In this document: positions 11,020 to 21,227 of the stretch, piece by piece | How positions within the stretch are numbered: position 1 is the stretch's first letter | Layout: every line of letters starts with the position of its first letter | NCBI RefSeq assembly: GCF_009834535.1 | Contig: NC_045696.1 | Span: 992,001-1,056,000, forward strand | Direction of reading: 5' to 3' | Source: Camelus ferus | Lineage: Eukaryota | DNA: 64,000 bases | The notes under the pieces: model-generated | What the model saw: only the letters and a program-made list of their open reading frames with translations | The model's database searches: none | What the model was told of the DNA's origin: nothing | Position numbers and translations under genes: made by a program

Positions 11020-11880
11020 ACATTGCAGCAGAAAATTTCCCCAGACTCGGGATGGGCACATATTTCTCAGGATACAGCAAGCAATATTCAGGGCAGAAAA
11101 AACGGATAGACTGGACTTAACCAAAATTAAACGCTCTACTCGTTATTTTTCTAATTTAATTCTTATTTTAATTTTTTAGGGTGGAGGTAATTAGGTTTAT
11201 TTTTTACTTTTGGTGAAGGTACTGGGGGCTGGACCTGGGACCTCGTACATGCTGGGCGTGCACTCTACCACCGAGCTATACCCGCCCCCTCCAAATCTGC
11301 TCTTTAAAAGACACCATTAAGCAAACGAGAAGACAAGGCGCGCCTGGGGGCGAACATTAGTAACAACATTCCATGTATCTAGCAGCCGGCTCGCATCCAG
11401 AATACTTAGGAAGCCCTGCAATTCACTGAAGAGAAGACAAATACTCAGGTTTTAAACGTGCAACCGATTTGAACAGACACTGAACACAACCTACAAAGAC
11501 TAGCCGGCAGGTTGGAATACGCGCCACATCACAGGTTTGCCGTCGAGGGAAGAGGCGCCACATCACGCCCACTGCAAAGGCCAGGTGAAGAGCTGACCGC
11601 ACTGTGTCCACAAGCGTGTGAGGCGGGCGGCGCCGCCGGGCAGGCTCTCGCCAGGTTAAACGTACTCCCACGACAAGGCCCCCAGTCCACGCGCAGGCAT
11701 CCACTCACAAGAGGGGAAAACGCAACGTTCCCAAGAAGACTCCCGCGCAGATGTCTGCAGCGTATTTTTAGCTACAGTCCTTAAAACTGGCAACCACCCA
11801 AACGTCCGTCAAGGAACGAAGGATAAACACAGGCGGCGCATCCGCACAGTGAAAACCACTCAGAACAGCAACGAAAGAAC
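11020..11880 (+). mobile_element. Continuation of LINE-1 ORF2 3' region (interrupted by SINE)
   Basis: atagactggacttaaccaaaattaaa...aagacaccattaag...gatttgaacagacac...ccaccccaaacgtccgtcaaggaacgaaggataaac: typical L1 3' ORF2 motifs, GC-shifted. Confidence 0.7.
11145..11289 (-). mobile_element. tRNA-derived SINE (camelid Vic-1-like)
   Basis: Reverse complement GGGGCGGGTATAGCTCGGTGGTAGAGTGCACGCCCAGCATGTACGAGGTCCCAGGTCCAGCCCCCAGTACC...AAATAAACCTAATTACCTCC plus an A-rich tail; A-box present, B-box degenerate. Confidence 0.85.
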
Positions 11881-12830
11881 TGCCGAGGGCGGGGCCCTGC
11901 CCCGACCCCGCGGGGGCCTCGCTGCCCTCACAGCTCTGCCCCAGGGCCGCGCTCGGGCTTCCGGCCGCGGGGGTGGGGACCGGGCGGCACGGGGAGGGGG
12001 CGCTCGGTGGGCGGAGGCGCGGCGCCTGGGCGGGTGTAGGGCGGGGGCCGTGCCGTCGGGCCGCTGCGCGCGGCCCTGCCCGCGGTGCGACCTGCCGCGG
12101 GTGGGCTGCCCCTCCCGGAGCCTCCTGCTGGAAGCCCGCACTGCCCGGAGAGGGTGCAAGGCCGGGGACCCGTCTCCCCCCAGCTCCTGGGGGTCCAGGC
12201 CCAGCCTGTGGAGACGGGGAAACAGGCATCGGGGGAAACGGCCGTGAGTCGGGGCTTCGAGGGGGCAAGAGGCTGGGGCAGGGAGGGGCCGTGGAGGTGG
12301 GGAGGGGCGAGGGGGACGGGGCGCCGGCCCGGGCCTCGGTCGCAGGACCGCGCAGTGCCCCAGAGCCGCGAGGCGCCTTCGGGGAGGGTCAGGCGTGCTC
12401 TGGGCTGAGGCGCACTCGCGGCCACGCAGCCTCCACGTGACCTCACACGTACCTCCTGGAGAACCCCGGCCCCCTCCTCAGCCGCAGGGGCCGCCGCCCA
12501 GGCTACAGACCCCCGGATCCCTCCTTGCACTTCGGGGTCTGTCTCTCTCCAGGACTCGGGTCGACCGGTGCGCATCCCGGACCCTCCTGCCCCTCCTCCC
12601 CATCCTCCCGGGCCTGGTCTCCCCAGCTTTCCCTCCGCGTCCTCTAGTCCTCTGAATCCTCCTCCTGCTTCCTCCCCGGTGTGGGGCCTCCTCACTGGAG
12701 GCAGGGCGCCTCCCACCTCCGTGTGCCCCACGCGGCCCCGTGGGACCTGGCTCTGGGGGCCCCTCCTGGGCGGCAGCAGTGGTCCTCGCCGGCGCCCCCG
12801 TGTGCCACGCGCCGGACCCCTCCTGACACC
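11880..12830. promoter_or_regulatory. CpG island 1, candidate distal SLC19A1 promoter / non-coding first exon
   Basis: Very high CpG density, several GGGCGG boxes, E-box CACGTG at 12434-12439, candidate donor GTGAGT at 12244. Confidence 0.6.
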
Positions 12831-13129
12831 ACTGCCGGGCAGAGTGACTCATGAAGGGCTCTTCTTGGCGTTTCCTTGGTTTTGTCTTAGTCTTAGAAAT
12901 GAACTTAAACTTCTATTTGCCAATTTCCATAAAACAGAGGGGAGCAGAACTGCAGTAAATGAAGAGGCTGACGTCGGGCAGAGGGTAGGAGCTCCAGGTG
13001 GGGGCAGCCTGGGCTCCCTGCAGGTGCCCCCCTCCCTCAGGACGTGGGTTCCCCCCCCCACCACGTGGTCTCTGTCAGTGGTCCTGCGCAGGCGCGGGGG
13101 CTGCGCTCAGAGGCCGTCCTCCAGGACAT

Positions 13130-13830
13130 TCGTTTTTACTGTTTTTGGTCAAATTGACCAGTGCCATGTGATTTTAATTTTTTGAGGAATTATAGTTTCG
13201 ATTTTAAAAAAATCAAAATTTACTTGCTTTCCAATTAGTAAATTTCTGCTTTTCTCCTCATTTATTTCATCCTACTTTCTTTTGTTCGTTTTCTTTTAGG
13301 TTCTGGTTTCTGAGTTAACTGTTGGGTTTCTTTCAACAGCAAAACCAGGACATGATAAACATCATTTAACAGGAATGCTCCTGGGGCGCTTTGTCTGAGG
13401 GTGGTGGGTGTCACCGAGGCGAGCTTGACTTGCTCTTTGACCCCATGACTCATTTGGAAGAACCACTGAAATTGTTTATCCAGTCAGGGTGGGCTGCACT
13501 TTTTTGTATCGTTAATACTTAGTTTTATGGAGTTAAGACCTGAGAAGGTGGCCTAAGTGATTTTTCATTTTTTTGAAATCCATTTGAGCTTTGATTTGCA
13601 CTTTACCTTGGGTCATCTTTTAAACGTTTCTATGGGACTTTAGAAAAAAATGTCTTCTATCTATGCGTTCTGCAGTTCATATAAAAAATAAAATCAAAGT
13701 CGTTCACAGTGGGATTTAAGTCTTCTATATGCTCACTATGTACGATCTATGTCATCTCCCCTCCGAGGCTGCTGTGGCCACATTTTCCTTGCGTGTTTCT
13801 GTATTTCTGCACAAGACGGTGTCACTCTCA
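13130..13830 (-). mobile_element. Probable ancient L1 fragment
   Basis: T-rich island in GC-rich context with antisense-L1-like wording; family not identified. Confidence 0.35.
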
Positions 13831-14615
13831 GAACTTCTCCACCAGGCCATGTCTGAGTGAGAGGCAGGAGTGCACAGGCAAGTCCCGCCTCAGCGCACAA
13901 CCTCCAACCAGGTTATCGCCTGTCATCCTCTGGCTGGAGTCAAGTGGTGGTGACCCGCCCCTGGTCACGTGCACCTTCCAAAAAGACCTCTGCTCCCGGC
14001 AAGTCTCACCCTGTCTGCTCCTGTCCTGACACAACCCCAACACCAACAGAGGCTCCGTGACCCTGGGGTGGAGGTGAGGGCACCCAGGCATCCATCCATC
14101 CCACCCCCACCAGGGCCCTGGAGGTGTCCTGACCCTCACTTCTCTCTTCCTGTGAAGTCGCCTCAGTCCTTCTGATACCCTCATCCGAGTCTTCAGGTAC
14201 CAGAGATGCTAGCACGGATTTTTTGTGAAAGACGAATGGATGTGCAGGACGCATGACCCTTGGGGCCTCTCCATCCCCGCAGACCAGTGCCTCAGGGTCA
14301 GAGCCCAGATCCCTGGCCTGACCCTGGGGCAGACACGTCCTTGGGTGCCTCTGGGGGAATCTTCCTGGAAGGTGCTTGTTGGGGTGCCTCTGGCACTGGT
14401 GTGTGTTCATGTGTGCGTGTGTCTATGTGTGTTGGCATCTGGTCTCAGCTTTGCTTCCAGAGGTGATGGACAGCACCGTGGTGGAGGCCTGGGCGGGGAG
14501 GGGGTTGGGGAAGGCATGGTCCATCCCACTTGCCTTCCAAGCCACAGGCCATAGACTCCCCGAGGGGTCCTGACACTGGGGTGGCCAGGGTGTGCTGGGC
14601 GGGTTCATGGCCCTG

Positions 14616-14655
14616 CGTCCCTCCAGCACTGAGCACGTCCCTCCAGCACTGAGCA
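14616..14655. repeat. 20-bp perfect tandem duplication
   Basis: cgtccctccagcactgagca x2. Confidence 0.9.
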
Positions 14656-15499
14656 CGGGCCTGGCCTGGCCTGGCCCTTCCCCCTACCCCCATCTCTGTC
14701 TCTCAGTCTCTAGCCCTCCCTCCTCCCTGATCTCACTCAGCAGAAGTCACCTGGGCTCCTGTTCCCCCTCCCCCTCACTATTGGGCATTTTGCTATTGAG
14801 GAATCAGCTCCTTGCTTCTCCACCCACTCCTCAGCACAGCTCAAGGCCACCCCCAAACGCTGTCCCTTGGCCACTGTGTCCTGGCAGAGCTGGAGGGGCC
14901 TGGGCAGGAGCCAGAAGCCTGGATGAGTCCACCTTCCACCTCCTGAAGCTTGGGAGGAGCCCCTGTGGAAGACTGGGCACCGTTGACCCCCCAGGAGGAG
15001 CCTCTCTCAAAGTTCTCCTCCTAGAAGGAGGGGGGCCCCAGAGCTGGACGCTGGCAGGCCCGCCTAGGTAGCAGTGGGCAGACCCCTCACTGACTTAACC
15101 TGCCTCCCTCCAGAAGCCGAGCCCCTCCGTGTCTTGCTGGAGCCCCACATGATCTAATGTGTTACACACCTCCGGGAGCCGATAGAATTCCGAGGCAAAC
15201 ACCCGACCAAATATGGGTCAGGGTGACCCGCAGAGGCAGCTGCGTGGCGGCAGGGGGACTTCTGTCCTGCCTGGCGCAGTGACCAATGTTCCTGGCTTGA
15301 GTTTGCGGCTGGCTAGGGAAGGCATGGCTCTAAATGAACCTAAAAGAAAAAGTACACGAACTTCTTGCTCAGGACGGCAGGGCGTCAGGCTGCACAGAAG
15401 TCAGGGGGCCGGCACTGGTCCAAAGGGGCGGTCACAGCTCCGGGGTGCCTCTGTCCAGGTCTGGTCCGGGAGGCCTCCAGCACAAGGCAGAGCTGTGAC

Positions 15500-16330
15500 C
15501 AGCGACCAGGGCCCGGCGCTGCGTGGGTAGGCCACGAGAGGAGGGCGAGGAGACCGGGAGGGAGCTGCGCGGTGCGGTGAGGGCTGCGGCCGGGACCTTG
15601 GACGCTCCGGGAGTGGCAGGCGCCCCGAGCAGGGGCGTGTGACCAGGGGGCGGCGACGGGGTGGGCTGGAGTAGGGGCTGAGTGCGGAGTCGCTGGGGCG
15701 CAGGGCGAGCGCGCGGGCTGCTGCGCCGGTCCGATGCCGATCGCGGGGTCAACCGTGCAGAGCGTGTCCGAGATCCTGAGCGGCGTCCGCGGTGACGCGT
15801 GGCGGGGGAGGGACCAGGTGAGCCCCCTCCCCCTGCCTCCCGGAAGCGAGCGGCGCGGGGCATTGTGGGCACTGTGGTCCCCTCGTGCACCCAGCGGAGG
15901 AGGCCGGGAGCGCACAAGTATTCGGGCTGCGGGGGTCTCTGAAGAGCGCAGGGACGCGCGGGCCAAGGGCGGAGGGGAGCGCGGGGGGAGGGCGGGGCGC
16001 ACGGGAGCTTTGGGGCCCCGGAGGAACGCAGGGTGCGTGGGCTCTGAGAGCCGGGGTGGGCGCGGAGGCGCGGGCGGGGGCTGCCAGGCCCGGGAAAGCG
16101 CGGGGTGCATGGACTCCTGGTGCTGGGGTGGGCGCGGAGGTGCAAGCCAGGGGCTGCGGGGCCTGGGGTGGTCGCAGTGGCGCAGGCGCGGAGAGCTCTG
16201 GGGTCCTGGAGGAGCGCGGGGTGCGTGGGCTCCTGTGCCGGGGTGGGCGCAGGGCGCGGGCGGTGCGTGCAGGGGCCGTGAGTCCCACGCGCTGTCTCGT
16301 GCTGAGTGGGAACCCTGGCGCCTGCTCCGA
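15500..16330 (+). promoter_or_regulatory. CpG island 2, candidate proximal SLC19A1 promoter with non-coding/5' exon(s)
   Basis: CpG-dense; GC boxes; CRE-like GTGACGCG near 15792; strong donor CAG|GTGAGC at 15817/15818 and GTGAGT at 16278. Confidence 0.7.
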
Positions 16331-16586
16331 GCTTCTGTCACCTTTGGTCCTTGCGCACGTGCAGAAGTCCCTACTGCGCTTCTGGTCTCCAGCCAACTCG
16401 TTGTTTCCTGCGCCCAGAGTCTGTAGGTGTCAACAACTTCCCCTTGGAGCAGCCCTTGGGTGGTTGGAGCCAAGCGCTGGAGGTTGTCCAGGGCAGTGGG
16501 ACACTTACACTCTACCCCCGGAGAACTGTTCCCCAAGTCCTGTCTGAAGTGCTTGACCTGGAGAGTCCAGGGGGTGACCAGGCACA

Positions 16587-16590
<4 letters not shown>

Positions 16591-16632
<42 letters not shown>
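16591..16632. repeat. (TG)21 microsatellite
   Basis: Perfect TG run. Confidence 0.97.
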
Positions 16633-16636
<4 letters not shown>

Positions 16637-19600
16637 TGGAATTCCTCACCGTGTCGGCCCCACTCTCAGGTCTTAGGATCCGAGTTAGGATCTGGGCCGG
16701 CTCAGAAGAACATGCAGATGCATCTAGAAGCTGTTTTGCAGGCTGCCCAAAGTGCAGTCAGATAGTCGTCGGCGCTACCTGCTGGGCGCCCTGCTAAGCA
16801 GTGACCAGGTGCCCCCTCCTACGGGAGACTGGAGGGCTCTCCTGCAGCCCCATGAAATCAGCAGGACCCCCTCCCTCTGCAGGTGTGGGATCCAGGTGCC
16901 CAGACCCCAGGGGTCCCTGGTGGCATCTCCCCCTACCTCACCCTGATGGACTGTGTCACTCAGCCTCTGCGTCATCTTGTGTTGTCACATCCTTACTTTC
17001 AGAGGGGGCTCTGGTGGGTTTAATAACCCCAAGTATTAGAGTTACCTGTGCTGGGCAGACATGACCAACACCTCCAGGGTGCTTTAAACCTGTGGGTTGG
17101 GTGTCCAGAGCAGTCCTGCCCGGAGGATTTTAGTTTACTCTTTGGAACACAGAACTTTGTTATCTGATCTGGGCAGGCGGGGCTTAAGGCTTTTCTCTTT
17201 CTTACTAGCAATGTTAACCTAAGAGAGAGGTAGCTGCTTAAAAGCACCTAATGAGAGAGATGGTGTTTGCTTTTCTTTTGATCTTGGGCCTCAAGCCTTC
17301 CCCCGTGCTGGGGGGCAGGGCCAGGGGCACAGCTGGTGCTCCCCCCAGGGCAGGTGCGGGGGGGGGGGTGATCTGAAGCGGCCGGAGGTTAACTGTCGGA
17401 ACTTTCTCCTGATGGTCCTTGTCCTCCCCTTGACCCTCCTGGCTGGCCAGCGGTACTTCCGTCGGTTGCCCTGAAGAGGCTTGAAGGAGCACAGGGCTGG
17501 GCTGTGGTCAGGACACTTGGGGTCCAGCCTGCCCTGCCGCCTGATGCTCCTGAGCTCGGGCACCTCACTCGCCCCCTGTGCTGTTTCTGCGGCGGTGAGC
17601 ACCTGGCTGGGTGCCTCCACCTCCCCTTCCCGGGCAGCATGTGTGGAAGCGGACTTTAGTCCTGGCTCTGGTCGCTGACCACCTCGCCTGCAGAGCTGTC
17701 ACTACACTCACCTCACGTGAGGCAAATGAATGAACAGAGAGATGATTCCGGAGGCCAACAGTCGCCACCTGGAATGCGGGCGGAGACCCCGGCTTCTGCG
17801 TCTGCCCTTTCTCTGCACCCCCGTCGTCCCACCCCAGGTCCCCACACTTGTGGCCTTTCCTCCTGGTGGTGCAGGGTGAACAAGCCCTGCCGTTTCTGGG
17901 TGGCAGCCCGTGCTACTGGGATGGGGCTGAGCCCCTCCCCGTGACCCTGTTGTCCAGCCCGTGGGCACACAAGCTGGCTGCCCCCGACCTGTTTTAGAAG
18001 TTTTGGAAAGCGCGTGCAGCGATGCCGAGCCAAGTGTGGGTGACGCGTGGGAGAAACGCCCGCATGTCCCGAAGTGGCCCGAGCCTCCTGTCCCTGGGGT
18101 GTCTCTTTAGTTCAAATAAATGCCATCGCTCCCAGCTTTACGTGGTGGCGCTGCTGTGGCCACAGTGCCAGCCACTCCAGCCCCACTGTTCTCTCTTATG
18201 TGGTGCCTGGTGGTGGCTTTTCAGCCCGTGAGGGTGACCGGGGTCTGCCTCAGGTGCCCCTGCAGTGGGGCCTCATCGGCGGGGAGCCAGGTGGAGCTGG
18301 TGAGGGAGACCTAGGACCGTGACCCTGCCCCCACCCCACCCCTGAGTTTAGAGGAGGGCCTCCTGTGGGTGGAAGGGACAGGGTTTTTTTAAACAACACT
18401 CAGGAAAAACTTGAAGCAGGAATGAATGAAAGGGGCCATTTCTGCAGGGAGCCCCTCGAGGGCCTGGCCCCTTCCGTGCTTCTCAGCGTCCGCCCTGCTG
18501 TTCTGCCCCCCGGCACCGGGCAGGATGAGGCTCTGGGGGTCACTGGGCTGGACACGGAGCTCTAAGTTCTCTAGGACAGGCAGCTGCCTTTGACCAGGGC
18601 GGGCATCTCCACTCACATCCTTGGAGGGTGGGTCCCTGGCAGCCGGGCTGAGGGAGAAAGAAGCCGAGGGAGCTTCAGTCCCTCCTGGTGCAGTCGATGC
18701 ACCTGGTGGGTGTGCCTGCCCCTGAGGGCTTGGGGGGAGCTGCCTCCCTGCAGAGACCTCTGCCTGGAGCCCATCCTGAGGCAGCGGTTCCTTGAGCAAA
18801 CATTTACAGAGATGGCGGGTGGAGGGCTCCCCACGTGTGCCTGCCTGGGAGACTCGCCAGCCAATAGGCTGCAGCCCAGAGGCGAGACCCGTGTGCACGT
18901 GAGCCCTGGGTGAGCCCTCGGCCCTTCGCATCCTGTGATCCAAGAGCAGAGGCGGCCAGGAGGCTGGGGGTGGGGGCGCCCTCCTTCCTTCCAGCTGTCT
19001 TGTGACTCAGGAGGAAGGTGGGGAGCTCCTATACTGAGCACTTTATGGTCAGGTTGCAGGGATGGGACTGGACAGACAGCCTGTGAGGTCCAGCGCTTGA
19101 TGGGGTTGGCCCTGAGATGGGCTGGGAGGGAGGGAGTGCAGCTTGCAGGCTGACCTGAGGAGCCGGCTTTGGGTGCCCCAGGGGAAGCCCCACCTCCTGC
19201 CTGGCTCCCTGGGCGTCTGCAGACACTACAGAGCTCCTCGGCTGGTACGGGGCTCCCTGGCCCTCGCCCGGGGTGGTTCCTTGCGTATCCGTGCTTCTGG
19301 GGAGTGAGGTGGTCTCCACTGCATGGTGGTGACCCTGGGGGATCCTGGGGCCCGTCTGAGCCTTGGTGGGGGCAGGCTGCGTGCTGGCCGGAGATACCAG
19401 TAGGTGGAGCGCCTATCACTGAGCAGCCGGGAGGCCCGAGGCAGCCTGTGTGGGCGTGCCTGGGGCCGTGCTGGGGCGCAGAGTCTGTCCGCCCAGGCTG
19501 TGCCCCAGACCTTCAGACAAGCTTCTGATAGGCTGTCACTGTTGTCTCAGAAGCACCGCCTCAGGGTTCAGGAGCCGTCAGAGTCCAGGACGTAGCAATG

Positions 19601-20599
19601 AAGATGGCAGTGTGCTTGCCTGGCCCTGGGCTCTGGGACTGCTCCCGCTGCCCCGGGATTCGGGGGCACCAGGTAGGGGAAGTTCCCATCGCCCCAGAGA
19701 TGATACCTTTCAGGGCCAAGTGCAGGGGACCGGGAGGGTGGGACCCCCTCCTGGGGACCCTGGGCTTGGTAAGTTCTTGGCTGTTCACCCCAAGCCGAGT
19801 GCTGGGTGCTCAGCTGGTGAGTGCGGGTTTCCCGGCGTCCAGAGAGCAGCACACCTGGGAGCACAGGGTGAACGTGGGGGGGTCCTGGGGTTGGAACGGT
19901 GGGCGGGGCGTGTATGCACCCTTCTCTGAGGCCACGCCCCTCCAGCCGTCTCTGAAGCTCCCAGGGGCTCAGAAACACAGGCCAAGGAAAGCAAACTTCC
20001 GAGTCTCTGCTGGAGCCGCTTGGCCTGTGTGCCCTCCGGGGGTGCGGGGGGAGGCGGGTTCCAGCCCCTACCTGGCTGGTGCTTCACTTGGCCCGTGAGG
20101 ACTCAGGGGCTGTCCTAGGACCCTGTAACTCCTGGGCCACCGTTGCCCCCTCACGCCTACCCTGCCCCTCCTTGTAGCCTCAGGGACAAACCCACCAGCC
20201 CCGGCTTCTTGGGTTTTCCTGTTGTTAACCCCCCACACCCGTTTTCCCTGAGTCATAGAAATAGACACGGGAGTGCAGAAGGAGGAAGCGGTCCTGCTCA
20301 TCTGACCATAGTTCCCTGTACTGAGGCCCGGGCCTGTGTTGAAGTCGTCAGACGCTGGCGTGAAGTCTCGCTCTCCATCTGTGGACCTGGGAGGCCTCCG
20401 CCCCCAATGCTGACCCGGGTCTGTGACCAGGAGTGTGCCCACCAGGCGTCCCCGCAGGGCCCCTTCCTGCCGCATCCTCTGGGCCTTCCCGGGGGCGACA
20501 GCTTCTCCAGCTGCTGCGTCCGGCACTTGGACGCGCCCTGTGCTGTGGCACTGACGCGGGGACCCCGGGCACCGGAGCAGGCTGACAGACCTGGGGAGG

Positions 20600-20750
20600 G
20601 CAGTGTGCGCAGCCCCGCAGCCTCGCCCCTGCTGTGAGCACTTGAAATGAGTCAGGTGTTGCCAAGGAACTGGATCTCGATTGTGTTTGGTTTTTAGTAA
20701 CGTAACATTTTCTGGCCTCACATGGTTGGCGGCTGCCATCTGGGGAGCCC
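20600..20750 (+). mobile_element. MER3-like DNA transposon fragment
   Basis: tgagcacttgaaatg...aaggaactgga...cacatggttggcggctgccatctgg resembles the MER3 3' half. Confidence 0.45.
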
Positions 20751-21038
20751 CTGGAGGTGGTGACAGCCAGGTCTGTGTGGACCTGGCACCTGGACTGTTA
20801 AAAGCCCCGGGCTGGGAACGGGTCTGGGGCCTGGGGGCCCTCTCGCCCTCTGGCATGTTGGATCCAGATTGAATGACAGGGCGGGCGGTGGGTGGGGAGC
20901 TTTCAGCGGAGTTTCTGGGGAGGCGGGTGGGGGGAGGCGGCTGTGGGCTGTTTGCTGAGCTCCGCTGACTCTGCCTCTTCTCTCCAGGTCCCGCGTCCCC
21001 TCCCGTCTCCCGCAGTGTCGCGCCGGGGGCCTGGCGGC

Positions 21039-21227
21039 ATGGCGCTCTCGGGCCAGGAGGCGGAGAAGCAGGGCCCCGCAGAGCCCCGGCCGGGCCGCGA
21101 GCCAGAGTCCTGGTGGTGCCTGGTGTCCTACCTCTGCTTCTACGGCTTCATGGCTCAGATGCGGCCAGGGGAGAGCTTCATCACGCCCTACCTCCTGGGC
21201 CCCGACAAGAACTTCACGCAGAAGCAG
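21039..21227 (+). CDS. SLC19A1: SLC19A1 coding exon 1 (exon begins at 20988; 63 codons)
   Basis: Acceptor tctctccag|20988, ATG at 21039 in good context (ggcATGG), ends ...AAG CAG|gcacgt (GC donor). Confidence 0.95.

Noticed and set aside
11205..11289. tRNA gene
   Set aside because: Degenerate B-box, non-tRNA 3' segment and A-rich tail indicate a SINE.
15385..16587. 400-aa minus-strand ORF over the CpG island
   Set aside because: Low-complexity Pro/Arg/Ala translation expected from very GC-rich, stop-poor DNA.
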